DNA of 64,000 nucleotides from positions 1-64,000 of the IMG/VR virus record IMGVR_UViG_3300007540_000013, one strand, 5' to 3'. The DNA comes from a virus. This document shows, in pieces, positions 8,682 through 18,856 of the stretch. The notes under the pieces are model-generated. The model was not told the origin of the DNA. It searched no databases and saw only the letters and a program-made list of their open reading frames with translations. Each line of letters starts with the position of its first letter. Position 1 is the first letter of the stretch. A program made the translations under genes and the position numbers.

Positions 8682-10007
8682 ATGAGTAAGATAACAGTTG
8701 CAATTAGCTGTCCGATTGATACGTACAGCGGCTATGGAGCAAGAGCAAGAGACTTTGTAAAAGCTTTAGATAAAAACAAATACAATATAAAGATCCTAGC
8801 GCAGCGCTGGGGCAGTACAAGGTTTGGTTATTTAGAAGATCATCAAGAGCATGAACTTCAATCTATGATCGTACCTCAACTCACAGCACAGCCTGATGTA
8901 TGGATTCAAGTCACAGTACCTAATGAGTTTCAAAAGGTAGGTAAGTTTAATATTGGACTTACAGCTGGTATGGAGACTGATATATGTCCTCCTGAGTGGC
9001 TTGAGGGGTGTAACAGAATGGATTTAATTTTGGTATCTTCTGAGCATGGAAAGAGTTCATTAGCTAACAGTACTTTCAACATGACAGATCAAAAGACTGG
9101 TCAACCGAAAGGTACATTAAAGTTAACAACTCCGATTGAGGTTCTTTTTGAAGGTGTTGATGTAGAGAAGTACTATAAGATTGAAGAGCATAAAGACATA
9201 GCGTTAACTTCCGATTTGGATAGTATAAAAGAATCTTTCTGTTTTCTATTTGTAGGGCACTGGCTACAAGGTAATTTCGGCCACGATAGGAAAAACATAG
9301 GATGGACTATAAAAGCATTCTTAGAAACATTTAAGAATAAAAAGAATCAACCTGCTCTGATATTAAAAACACAATCAGCAAACGCTTCAATCACTGACCG
9401 AGATAATATCTTAGAGAAGATTGAAGCTATAAGAAAGACTGTTAAAGGTAAGTTACCTAGTATATATCTTCTTCATGGAGAACTAAATGACGAAGAGATT
9501 AATGAATTGTATAATCATCCAAAAGTAAAAGCTATGGTAAGCTTAACTAAAGGAGAGGGGTTCGGCAGACCTTTATTAGAATTCTCTACAACGGGTAAAC
9601 CTATAATAGCTTCAGGATGGTCTGGTCACATTGACTTCTTAAGTAAGGAGTTTAATATTCTAGTTAACGGACAACTACACAACGTAGACAGCTCAGCAGC
9701 TCAGAAAGGACTAATATTAAAAGAAGGTAAATGGTTTCAAGCTAACGACGCAGATACTGCACAGGCATTTAAAAGCGTACATAGTAATTATAATAAGTAC
9801 TTAGAACTCGGAAAAAGACAGCGCTATAGAACAAGTACTCAATTCTCGTTAGAGAAGATGGCAGAGAAGTTAAACAATGTACTTAACTCAAACCTACCAA
9901 ACTTCCCTAAGCAAGTTGAGTTAAACATGCCTACCTTAAACTTACCTAAGTTAAATAAAGTAGAGAGCGCACCAGAATTAAAGTTACCAAAATTAAAGAA
10001 GTTATAA
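8682..10007 (+). CDS. Glycosyltransferase, GT4-like (GT-B)
   Basis: SGYGARAR, DRKN, GEGFGRPLLE. Confidence 0.9.
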   Translation: MSKITVAISCPIDTYSGYGARARDFVKALDKNKYNIKILAQRWGSTRFGYLEDHQEHELQSMIVPQLTAQPDVWIQVTVPNEFQKVGKFNIGLTAGMETDICPPEWLEGCNRMDLILVSSEHGKSSLANSTFNMTDQKTGQPKGTLKLTTPIEVLFEGVDVEKYYKIEEHKDIALTSDLDSIKESFCFLFVGHWLQGNFGHDRKNIGWTIKAFLETFKNKKNQPALILKTQSANASITDRDNILEKIEAIRKTVKGKLPSIYLLHGELNDEEINELYNHPKVKAMVSLTKGEGFGRPLLEFSTTGKPIIASGWSGHIDFLSKEFNILVNGQLHNVDSSAAQKGLILKEGKWFQANDADTAQAFKSVHSNYNKYLELGKRQRYRTSTQFSLEKMAEKLNNVLNSNLPNFPKQVELNMPTLNLPKLNKVESAPELKLPKLKKL

Positions 10008-10441
10008 TGGAGCAATTAGTAACATGTAAAAGATGTGGCAGTAATGCTTGCTTAGAGCAACAAGTTAACGAAGAAGTAACCACTCAGTTATGTATGGGCT
10101 GTGGTTTCACAACATCAACTCTTATGACTGAAGGTAGCGAAGTAGTTACGACTGCTTTAGAAACCTCCCCAGAGCTATACAAAGACTTGATGCACAGAGA
10201 TCAAGACGGTAATATTTGGATGCCTTCTACACTTACTCTGCCGAATAAAGGTATGGTATTTGTTGACGGGACTAATACAAAAGACTGGTCATGGGCAGCA
10301 GTAAAAGCTATTCCTTTAGAAGAAGAAGATAAGAAATTATCAGATGATCAAACTCATAAGATGGACATGAAAAACCTTAAGCATTATGCTGAGAAAGATT
10401 TTATGGATGCTTTAGAGCATATTGGATTTTTTGCTATATAA
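10007..10441 (+). CDS. Zinc-ribbon protein
   Basis: CKRC...CMGC. Confidence 0.7.
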   Translation: MEQLVTCKRCGSNACLEQQVNEEVTTQLCMGCGFTTSTLMTEGSEVVTTALETSPELYKDLMHRDQDGNIWMPSTLTLPNKGMVFVDGTNTKDWSWAAVKAIPLEEEDKKLSDDQTHKMDMKNLKHYAEKDFMDALEHIGFFAI

Positions 10442-10596
10442 TGGTTGAGATAGATAAGTTATTACATTCGTTAAAGATCTTAGAAGATAATAAGCATTTA
10501 ACTTTTAAACTTATATACGGACGTTATAATATTGATATCAAGAAATTAACAAAAGAGTTACATGACAATAAGTTACGCAGTAACAGTATGGAATGA
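10441..10596 (+). CDS. Possible 51-aa hypothetical protein
   Basis: ATG overlaps upstream stop; fills operon gap. Confidence 0.35.
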   Translation: MVEIDKLLHSLKILEDNKHLTFKLIYGRYNIDIKKLTKELHDNKLRSNSME

Positions 10597-11179
10597 AGTA
10601 GAAGAGGTTAAACGCCTTCTTTCATTCTTACTTAAAAATAAAAGAGAAGAAGACGAAGTTATAGTCCGTATGGACGATTCCGGCCCTAATGAGATTTGGA
10701 AGTACTTAGTATCACTATCGGGTACTCCTGGATACATTTACGCCAAAGGACCTTTCAATAAAGATTTTGCTAGATGGAAAAATAATCTCAACGCTATGTG
10801 CACTAAGGATTACATATTCCAGATCGATGCTGATGAGATGATTAACGGTTATATGATGGACTTACTCCCTCAAGTATTAGCTGCTAATGATGCTGAGTTA
10901 GTAGCAGTACCTAGAATTAATACTGTAGAAGGATTAACCGATGCTCATATACAGAAGTGGGGATGGCAAGTTAATAATGAAGGCTGGGTAAACTTCCCAG
11001 ACTATCAAACTAGAATTTATAAAAACGATCCTAGGATAAGATGGCACGGTACTGTCCACGAAAAGATAATCGGACATAGTACATACGCTGTACTTCCGGC
11101 AGAGAAAGATTGGTGTTTATTACATACTAAAGATATTAAGAGACAAGAAAGACAGAATCAGTTTTACGATACTCTATAA
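10562..11179 (+). CDS. Glycosyltransferase family 2
   Basis: ISYAVTVWNE, FQIDADE, PDYQTR, W.G.VHE. Confidence 0.85.
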   Translation: MTISYAVTVWNEVEEVKRLLSFLLKNKREEDEVIVRMDDSGPNEIWKYLVSLSGTPGYIYAKGPFNKDFARWKNNLNAMCTKDYIFQIDADEMINGYMMDLLPQVLAANDAELVAVPRINTVEGLTDAHIQKWGWQVNNEGWVNFPDYQTRIYKNDPRIRWHGTVHEKIIGHSTYAVLPAEKDWCLLHTKDIKRQERQNQFYDTL

Positions 11180-11181
11180 TT

Positions 11182-11772
11182 ATGCAAACACATTTTTCTT
11201 TCAATCAAAGTAACTACACTAGAGACGTAAATTTTTGCGACTATTACTGGTTTAATAATGCTTTTACAAAAGAAGAGCTGAAAAAGGTAGAAGAGTTGAC
11301 CTCAAGACTTCCTTGGAAGATCGGAACAACTCAATCAGGAGATACAGAATCTCATCGCAAGTCTAAGATCAAATGGTGCCCACAGAATAAAGAATGGTAC
11401 TGGGTATACGAAAGGTTACATAATCTGATTGTAGAGGCAAACGATGCAATGTGGAAGTTTGAATTAACTGATATGCCCGAGATGATTCAATACACGGAGT
11501 ACTATGAAGACGGTGGTCAATATGATTGGCATATGGATTGCGGTATAGAGATGCAGAACAGAAGAAAAATCTCAGTAACAGTTCAACTATCATCACCAGA
11601 CGAATACTCAGGAGGTGATTTAGAATTTAATTTAGGAAACGTAATAGAAGGTCCTCGTAAACAAGGAGCAGCAGTTATCTTTCCTTCTTTTTATTTACAC
11701 AGGGTGACTCCTATTACTAAGGGTACTCGTAAATCTTTTGTAATGTGGGTAGGAGGGGAACCTTATAAATAA
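11182..11772 (+). CDS. 2OG-Fe(II) oxygenase (PKHD/prolyl-hydroxylase type)
   Basis: WHMD, RKIS, GGDL, FPSF.LHRVTP...GTRKS. Confidence 0.9.
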   Translation: MQTHFSFNQSNYTRDVNFCDYYWFNNAFTKEELKKVEELTSRLPWKIGTTQSGDTESHRKSKIKWCPQNKEWYWVYERLHNLIVEANDAMWKFELTDMPEMIQYTEYYEDGGQYDWHMDCGIEMQNRRKISVTVQLSSPDEYSGGDLEFNLGNVIEGPRKQGAAVIFPSFYLHRVTPITKGTRKSFVMWVGGEPYK

Positions 11773-11779
11773 ATTAAAA

Positions 11780-12604
11780 ATGAAAAAATACAAAGTAGGA
11801 ATTATAGGAAATGGGTTTGTAGGAGAGAGTCAAGCTTTTGCTTTTAGTCCAACAGCAGATATTCGAATTTACGATATTGATCCATTAAAAGCTACTCACA
11901 CATTAGAAGAAACTCAAGATAGCGACTTTACATTCATCTGCGTTCCTACTCCGATGAGAAAGGACGGTAGTCAAGATATAACTTATATTGAAGCAGTATT
12001 CGATAAAGCAGTTGAAGGTACGGTTTATATAATTAAATCAACCATACTCCCAGGTACAACACAACAATTACAGGAGAAATATCCTAATCTATCTATAGTA
12101 TTTAGCCCAGAGTTTTTAACAGAAAGGACTGCTAAATTAGATATGCTTACTCAAGCACGTATTATCTTTGGAGGTGATTTAGAGCTCACTAAAGAAGTAG
12201 AGAAGTTATTTGCTCAACGATTTATGAACAGGCATTTCATACACACTGACACAACGACTGCAGAGCTAATAAAGTATATGAATAATACATTCTTTGCTAC
12301 GAAAGTATCTATCATGAATGAATTTAAGAGATTAGCTGATGCATTAGATGCTGATTGGGATAAAGCTTTATATGGATTTGCTGCTGATCATAGAATAGGA
12401 GACAGTCACCTACACGTCCCAGGTCCAGATGGAAGAATGGGATACGGAGGTACTTGCTTTCCAAAAGACGTAAATGCAATAGTAACTCTAGGAAGAGAGC
12501 TAGGAGTACCTTTGAATGCAATTGAAGGTGGATGGCAGACCAACTTAGAGGTACGTCCGGAAAGAGATTGGGAACAAGATAAAGGCCGAGCAGTAAGTAA
12601 GTGA
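11780..12604 (+). CDS. ugd: UDP-glucose/GDP-mannose dehydrogenase family (short form)
   Basis: GNGFVG, CVPTP, KST, PEFL, GYGGTCFPKD. Confidence 0.85.
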   Translation: MKKYKVGIIGNGFVGESQAFAFSPTADIRIYDIDPLKATHTLEETQDSDFTFICVPTPMRKDGSQDITYIEAVFDKAVEGTVYIIKSTILPGTTQQLQEKYPNLSIVFSPEFLTERTAKLDMLTQARIIFGGDLELTKEVEKLFAQRFMNRHFIHTDTTTAELIKYMNNTFFATKVSIMNEFKRLADALDADWDKALYGFAADHRIGDSHLHVPGPDGRMGYGGTCFPKDVNAIVTLGRELGVPLNAIEGGWQTNLEVRPERDWEQDKGRAVSK

Positions 12605-13614
12605 TCACTATAAAGTTACATAATTGGAATAAAGGAAGAAACGAACCGACGTTTCGTCCATTTTTATTCGCTCAAAAGCTATTCAATGAAGTAGGCATAC
12701 AGTTTACCGAAGGAGCTAATTACGATTATATCTTTGTAGGGATGCATGATTTCATAGATAGAAAGGTACCTTTAGATGAAAGTATTGCCAAAGGAGTTAA
12801 GGCAATTAAACCTTTTGGTGATAAATGTTTTCTGTTTGACGGTTCTGATTCAACATCTTTATTAGGAGCCTATGAAGTATTATCTAATAGCTCAGCACGA
12901 TACTTATTTAAAAATCAATTATTAAAATCGAGAGAGCTTTACAGAGAGCCTTCTCCATTCAATAAAGTATTCTTTACAGGTGATAGTGATTTTGAAGTAG
13001 GATATGATATTTCTGATAAGGATTGGAACCGAATAAAGTTATCCGGGTACAACCTAGGGTATTTACTTCCAGACTATAGAGTACATTATAAAGAAGCTGA
13101 AGATAAACCTTTTGATGTATGTGCAATATATCAAGGATACCATGACGAGAACTACGACCACGGCTTTAGAAACGATACCTATTACACAGAGCATAGAGCA
13201 GGAGCTTGGAATATTTTAAACGAACTAGAGCATTGGGATGTACTCACAGAAAAATTACCTAAGCAAGAGTACATAGATAAGATGAGAAAATCTAAAGTAG
13301 CTCTATCACCTTTCGGTATGGGCGAAGTATGTTTTAGAGATTTCGAATTAATGCAGTTTGGAACTGCAATGGTTAAACCAAGTATGTCACACCTTAAGAC
13401 TATTCCTAATCCATATATAGAAGGAAAGACTTATTTCCCGACAGCACATACATGGGATGATCTAACCGAAGTACTTTCTGAAGTAATAGACGATCCGGTT
13501 GCACAGAATGAAGTTGTACATAATTTTCGAAAAGTATTCTTAGAAGAGTATACTTTAGAGAAATTTGTACTATATTGGTATAACATAATTAAAGAACAAC
13601 CAGAAGTAGTATGA
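12601..13614 (+). CDS. Glycosyltransferase (GT-B-like)
   Basis: SKVALSPFGMGEVCFRDFE C-terminal motif. Confidence 0.7.
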   Translation: MITIKLHNWNKGRNEPTFRPFLFAQKLFNEVGIQFTEGANYDYIFVGMHDFIDRKVPLDESIAKGVKAIKPFGDKCFLFDGSDSTSLLGAYEVLSNSSARYLFKNQLLKSRELYREPSPFNKVFFTGDSDFEVGYDISDKDWNRIKLSGYNLGYLLPDYRVHYKEAEDKPFDVCAIYQGYHDENYDHGFRNDTYYTEHRAGAWNILNELEHWDVLTEKLPKQEYIDKMRKSKVALSPFGMGEVCFRDFELMQFGTAMVKPSMSHLKTIPNPYIEGKTYFPTAHTWDDLTEVLSEVIDDPVAQNEVVHNFRKVFLEEYTLEKFVLYWYNIIKEQPEVV

Positions 13615-14339
13615 AAGTAGCATTATGCTTACACGGGTTAGTAGGAAGTACTAAAGGTAAGAATGGCGACCTTTTAGGAGGATCGGATGAAGTATTGGAA
13701 CACTCTTTCAGACATAACCAAGAGAATATATTAGGATTAAATGTAGATGTATTCATTCATTCGTGGAGTACTGAATTAAAGGAAGATATCTTAGAAAAGT
13801 ATAATCCTAAGAGATACATTATAGAACCTCAGATTCAATTTAAAGTACCAGATTACATTAAATCTGATCAACACCGCGCCTTCGCGCATCTAAGCAGGTG
13901 GTATAGTTATAGGGAATCAGTAAAATTAAAAGCTGAATATGAACTACAGACCGGAGAAGTGTACGATTATATTCTTGTACAACGATTCGATCTCTGCTGG
14001 AATATTAAACCAGACTTTGCTAATTTTGATTCTAATTTGTTCTATGTAGGACATGCTGGATTAGATAATAAACGAGAATGGTCTGATCGATGGTTTATTT
14101 CAAATTCAACTTCTGCTGATAAGTTCGCAACAATGTATGATAAATTAGCAGAGTATATGGGACCTGGAGGAGAGTTCCCAAGCAGCAAACAGTACGCAGG
14201 TATTTCAAGTCACTTCTTGACTAAGTTTCATGCTAAAAAACTAGGACTTAAAGAAGAGTTTATATATAATTTTGGAGGGTATGGAAGCAAACCGGATGAT
14301 TATAATGAAGTAAGAAGAATGTATTATGGGGACAAGTAA
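13611..14339 (+). CDS. Glycan-cluster protein, GT-like
   Basis: KVALCLHG, DVFIHSW, YDYILVQRFD pattern. Confidence 0.5.
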   Translation: MKVALCLHGLVGSTKGKNGDLLGGSDEVLEHSFRHNQENILGLNVDVFIHSWSTELKEDILEKYNPKRYIIEPQIQFKVPDYIKSDQHRAFAHLSRWYSYRESVKLKAEYELQTGEVYDYILVQRFDLCWNIKPDFANFDSNLFYVGHAGLDNKREWSDRWFISNSTSADKFATMYDKLAEYMGPGGEFPSSKQYAGISSHFLTKFHAKKLGLKEEFIYNFGGYGSKPDDYNEVRRMYYGDK

Positions 14340-14679
14340 CTATAACGAAGAAAGACCTTGGGGAACTTTCGAAAATTTATTGGATACAGATTACTGTAAA
14401 GTAAAAGAGATTGTAATTAAACCAGGACAAGCACCTAGTTATCAATATCATTTCAAACGTTCTGAAGTATGGGTAGTAACAAAAGGGACTGGAGAGTTGA
14501 GATTGAACGATGTAACTACTCAAGTTAGTACTGGAAGCATCTTACACATACCAGTTCAGGCAAAACATCAGATTAAGAACACAGGTACAGAAGATCTATA
14601 TTTTATCGAAGTACAACTTGGTGAGTACTTTGGTGAAGATGATATTGTACGATTAGAAGATAACTATGGCAGAGTATAA
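14326..14679 (+). CDS. Cupin, mannose-6-phosphate isomerase type II C-terminal-like
   Basis: RPWG, SYQYHFKRSEVW, FIEVQLGEYFGEDDIVRLEDNYGR. Confidence 0.9.
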   Translation: MGTSNYNEERPWGTFENLLDTDYCKVKEIVIKPGQAPSYQYHFKRSEVWVVTKGTGELRLNDVTTQVSTGSILHIPVQAKHQIKNTGTEDLYFIEVQLGEYFGEDDIVRLEDNYGRV

Positions 14680-16225
14680 GGTACTACTCACTGCAAGCGG
14701 TTTAGGGAGCCGCCTCGGAAATATTACAGACTACACAAACAAGTCTTTAGTAAGAGTCGGAGCTAAGCCTGCTATTTCTTATATTGTAGAGAGTTACGAT
14801 AAGAGTATTCCTTTTGTAGTTACATTAGGACATTATGGAGAGCATGTGAAGGACTTCTTAGAACTAGCATACCCAGATCGTATCTTTCAATTTGTCAAGG
14901 TAAGTAATTACGTTGGTAAAGGATCTAGCTTAGGACTGTCGATGCTCAAAGCTAAAGAGTTGTTACAGTGTCCATTTATTTTCCACGCTTGCGATACAAT
15001 CACACTAGATGATATCCCAGCACCTACTGTAAACTGGATGGCAGGTAAGTATATACCTCAAAGCTCTCAATATAGAACTCTACAGGTTAGTGGTGAAAAA
15101 GTAGTAAGAGTAAACGAGAAAGGTGAAATACGTTACGACTTAGTTTACGCAGGACTAGCCGGGATATACAGTTATAAAAGTTTCTGGTCCGCTTTAGAAA
15201 ATATCTATGACAGTTCTCCCCTAGACAGCTCTTTATCAGATTGTCACGCTTTGTCAGCTCTTACAGAAGATATAGATGCTGTAAGATTAAGTACCTGGTA
15301 CGATATCGGTAATACAACTTCATTAAAAGAAGTAAGAAGAGAACTAGGATCTAATTTTAAGATACTAGATAAAGTAGATGAAAATATTTTTATTTTTGAT
15401 AACTTTGTTATTAAATTTTTCCATAATAAAAAGATTAATTTAAGTAGAGTTAAAAGAGTTAATTATTTAAATAAAACTACTCCAAACATATTAAGTTATA
15501 GAGATAATTTTTACAAGTATGAATTAGCTAAAGGCGAGCTTCTCTCACACACTTTAACTCCTGCTCGCACAAAAGACTTTCTCGAATATGTTCAATCAAA
15601 ACTATGGAGTACAACTAGTAGAGATAGTGAGTTTCCTTCTGTATGTTATGATTTCTACATTAAAAAATCTCTACAACGTATTGAGAAATATGTAAAAGAT
15701 TTTGGTAGAAAAGAAGATATAACAACTACTATTAACGGCGAAGAAATACCTTCAGCCGAAACTCTTATTCAAAAGTTAGCTAAGAAAGATATTTACTCAA
15801 ATATTAAGACGCACTATCACGGTGATTTTATTTTAGATAATATTATAGATACTCCTGAAGGGTACTCCCTTATAGACTGGAGACAGGATTTTGGTGGTGA
15901 ATTAGAATTTGGGGATGTATATTATGATCTAGCGAAACTTAATCACAACCTTATATTTAATCACGATATAGTAAACAGGGAGCTATACACTGTAGAAGAC
16001 ACCCCACAGGGAGTTAATGTAGATATATTAGTAAGTAAAAGACTGTTGGAATGTCGAGAAGTATTTCGTATCTTTGTAGAAGATAATGGATACGACTATA
16101 ATAAAATTCAAATGCTCACAGGTATGATTTGGATTAATATGGCACCTTTACATGAGTACCCGTTAAACAAGTTTTTGTTTAATTTTGGGAAGTATAATCT
16201 AAAAAGAGCATTGAATGATGAATAA
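14666..16225 (+). CDS. Sugar nucleotidyltransferase fused to APH/choline-kinase-like phosphotransferase
   Basis: ASGLGSRL...NKSL, WYDIGN; C-half HGDF..DN, LIDWR, YYDLAKL. Confidence 0.85.
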   Translation: MAEYKVLLTASGLGSRLGNITDYTNKSLVRVGAKPAISYIVESYDKSIPFVVTLGHYGEHVKDFLELAYPDRIFQFVKVSNYVGKGSSLGLSMLKAKELLQCPFIFHACDTITLDDIPAPTVNWMAGKYIPQSSQYRTLQVSGEKVVRVNEKGEIRYDLVYAGLAGIYSYKSFWSALENIYDSSPLDSSLSDCHALSALTEDIDAVRLSTWYDIGNTTSLKEVRRELGSNFKILDKVDENIFIFDNFVIKFFHNKKINLSRVKRVNYLNKTTPNILSYRDNFYKYELAKGELLSHTLTPARTKDFLEYVQSKLWSTTSRDSEFPSVCYDFYIKKSLQRIEKYVKDFGRKEDITTTINGEEIPSAETLIQKLAKKDIYSNIKTHYHGDFILDNIIDTPEGYSLIDWRQDFGGELEFGDVYYDLAKLNHNLIFNHDIVNRELYTVEDTPQGVNVDILVSKRLLECREVFRIFVEDNGYDYNKIQMLTGMIWINMAPLHEYPLNKFLFNFGKYNLKRALNDE

Positions 16226-16757
16226 TACTTTAGCACATGCAATTACAATCCTCTCTGAAGAATTAACTCACGTACTTGAATTCGGTGTATATAGGGGAGC
16301 TACCATCAGGCAACTTCGTAACAGTCTACCTAACGAGTATAAGTTATACGGCTTCGATTCTTTCGAAGGATTACCCGAGCACTGGACAGGAACCGAAACC
16401 ACCCCAGAACAATTTAGCACTGGTGGAGTAATTCCAGATGTACCCGGCGTAACTTTTTACAAAGGCTGGTTTGAGGATACCATACCTGAACACTTAAAAG
16501 TAGTAGAGCCTATTGCCCTTCTGCATGTAGATAGCGATCTATACTCTTCAGCTGTAACTATATTAGAATCTCTAAGAGAGTATATCGTACCCGGAACTGT
16601 AGTTGTTTTTGACGAGTGGTATTACAACCATAGAGATATCGAAGAAAACAGACAGCACGAGCAGAAAGCTTTTTACGAATGGGTAGAGAAGTATAACATT
16701 GAATATGAAATACTACCTCAAATAGAAGATGAAAGACGAATAGTAGTAGTAAAATGA
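16215..16757 (+). CDS. Class I SAM-dependent O-methyltransferase (TylF/MycF-like)
   Basis: EFGVYRG, GFDSFEGLPE, KGWFEDT, HVDSDLYSS, VFDE. Confidence 0.9.
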   Translation: MMNNTLAHAITILSEELTHVLEFGVYRGATIRQLRNSLPNEYKLYGFDSFEGLPEHWTGTETTPEQFSTGGVIPDVPGVTFYKGWFEDTIPEHLKVVEPIALLHVDSDLYSSAVTILESLREYIVPGTVVVFDEWYYNHRDIEENRQHEQKAFYEWVEKYNIEYEILPQIEDERRIVVVK

Positions 16758-17725
16758 CACCAAGAGTATTTTTAGGACCGATGACAGTAAACACTGTCGA
16801 AGCTATCAAGCAGTTAAGCTTACCTATAGGGCTTATACCTTCTCGTCGTCAAGTAGAATATGACGGAGGGTATACTGGTTATACTACAAAAGAGCTTTAT
16901 GAATCTATCAACGATTCAGAAGTACTTCTTTGTCGTGATCATGCTGGACCGGGACAAGGTGCTAAAGAAGATGACGGTTATATCTCGTTAGTAGAGGATG
17001 TAAAGTACATGGATGTTATTCATATTGATCCTTGGAAGAAAGTATCAAGTATTGAAGACGGGATAGCTCAAACACTAGAACTAATACACTACTGCTTAAC
17101 TATTAATCCTTTCCAAAGATTCGAAGTAGGTACAGAGCAAGCTATTTACGAATACTCTGCTGAAGATCTAGATCATATTTTAAATAGACTTAAAGTAAAT
17201 TTAGGAGATAATTTCGATAACATCGAATACGCATGTGTTCAATCAGGTACAGGATTGGATCTTCCTGGTAGGAAAAATACTCGTAACTTCGATAGCACAA
17301 AACTCTCCGACTTCATATCAGTATGTAAACGTTACAACGTAAAGAGTAAAGAACATAACGGAGACTATTTAGTTGATAATTTTGGAATAGCTACTAGATT
17401 TAATTTAGGTTTAGATGCGATCAACATAGCTCCTGAATTAGGTCAGTTAGAGACAGAGTACTATCTTTACAAGATTGGATCTAATTTAGATCTATTCAAT
17501 AAGTTCTACGATATATGTTACAATAGTAAGAAGTGGGAGAAATGGATTACTCGCGAGATTAGCAAGCATGAGTTGATACTAACCTGCGGACATTATATTG
17601 TAAACACTCCTGAGTTTAAGCAAGAGATAAAAATAAACTTTCCAGAAGCAGATAAAGATATTCAAAATAATCTCAAACAACTTATAACTAAAATGTATAC
17701 TCAAGCTCATGGATCCAAGACCTAA
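16754..17725 (+). CDS. TIM-barrel protein, tagatose-bisphosphate aldolase/epimerase (KbaZ/GatZ)-like
   Basis: PSRRQV..DGGY, RDHAGPGQG, IHIDP, EVGTE, QSGT, KEHNGDY, INIAPE. Confidence 0.7.
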   Translation: MTPRVFLGPMTVNTVEAIKQLSLPIGLIPSRRQVEYDGGYTGYTTKELYESINDSEVLLCRDHAGPGQGAKEDDGYISLVEDVKYMDVIHIDPWKKVSSIEDGIAQTLELIHYCLTINPFQRFEVGTEQAIYEYSAEDLDHILNRLKVNLGDNFDNIEYACVQSGTGLDLPGRKNTRNFDSTKLSDFISVCKRYNVKSKEHNGDYLVDNFGIATRFNLGLDAINIAPELGQLETEYYLYKIGSNLDLFNKFYDICYNSKKWEKWITREISKHELILTCGHYIVNTPEFKQEIKINFPEADKDIQNNLKQLITKMYTQAHGSKT

Positions 17726-18068
17726 GACTTTAATAATAGATATCGACGGAACATTAGTCGAACATAGCAGACCGGACGATGCTGCTAATCCTAATATCAA
17801 GATGGTATTATTAGAGGGGACTATTAAAAAACTACTTGAATGGGAACGTCAAGGACATAGAATACTTCTCTTGACTGGTAGAAAAGAATCGATGAGAAAG
17901 GTAACTGAAGAACAGTTAAGTGAGTTAGGTATCTTCTACGATATGTTGATCATGGGTGTTGGTGGCGGAGGACGTTACCTTATCAACGATAATAAACCAG
18001 ACGGCCGCTTAGCAGCATTCGCAATTAATGTAAAGCGTAACGGCGGTATAAGTAACATTACTTTATGA
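17709..18068 (+). CDS. HAD-superfamily phosphatase
   Basis: DIDGT, LLTGR, INDNK. Confidence 0.85.
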   Translation: MDPRPKTLIIDIDGTLVEHSRPDDAANPNIKMVLLEGTIKKLLEWERQGHRILLLTGRKESMRKVTEEQLSELGIFYDMLIMGVGGGGRYLINDNKPDGRLAAFAINVKRNGGISNITL

Positions 18069-18856
18069 CAGATGTAGTATTTTGGATCGGAGTAAAGAGT
18101 AAAGATCCTTTATTAAGAGAGAAGCACGGCGATTTTAAGTACTTGGAGTATTCTAAAAAGACTTGGCAGTGGTGGTGTAAGAAGCATGGCGTACATTTTT
18201 TTGAGTATAGTACTCCTTCTTTACCTGATACCGGTACACATAAAGTTACTTGGCAACGCTGGTTTGATGTATTTGATCAACTAGAAGCTGCAAAGATAGA
18301 TTACCGGAAAGTACTTCTGACTGATGGAAGTATCATGGTAAGGTGGGATACTCCAAACTTCTTTGAAATGGTAACAGATGATCTACATGCATTCAGATCT
18401 TTAGAGAACATAAAATGGATTGATCAAGGAATAAAAGGGTACTCAGATTTATTCGATAATTATCCTTTTGATTTAAAAAAGTATATGACATGCGGCTTTC
18501 AGATCTTTACTGCAAAGCATAAACATTTCTTAAAAAGATTAAAGGACTTTTACTTTGATAACTTAGATGAAATTCTTAAATTACAGAAGAGTGTAAGTAG
18601 AGGTACTGACCAACCAGTCTATAATCATTTACTACAGATAGATGGAATAGAAGTTCAACAGACCTTACCTGAGTCTTTCTGGCTTATGCATATGAATAGA
18701 TTTGGATGGTTTGGACATAACTGGCAGTTAAAAGAAGACAATACTCCTTATTTTATAAAATACGGATACATATGGGTCTTCAGTGGATTTGATAGAAAGC
18801 AGCGAGAAAACTTGATGAAGCAGACTTGGGATTTAGTACAGAGTAAATATGAGTAA
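18065..18856 (+). CDS. Glycosyltransferase GT8/GT34-like
   Basis: Resembles next gene; TDG, GTDQPVYN. Confidence 0.65.
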   Translation: MTDVVFWIGVKSKDPLLREKHGDFKYLEYSKKTWQWWCKKHGVHFFEYSTPSLPDTGTHKVTWQRWFDVFDQLEAAKIDYRKVLLTDGSIMVRWDTPNFFEMVTDDLHAFRSLENIKWIDQGIKGYSDLFDNYPFDLKKYMTCGFQIFTAKHKHFLKRLKDFYFDNLDEILKLQKSVSRGTDQPVYNHLLQIDGIEVQQTLPESFWLMHMNRFGWFGHNWQLKEDNTPYFIKYGYIWVFSGFDRKQRENLMKQTWDLVQSKYE

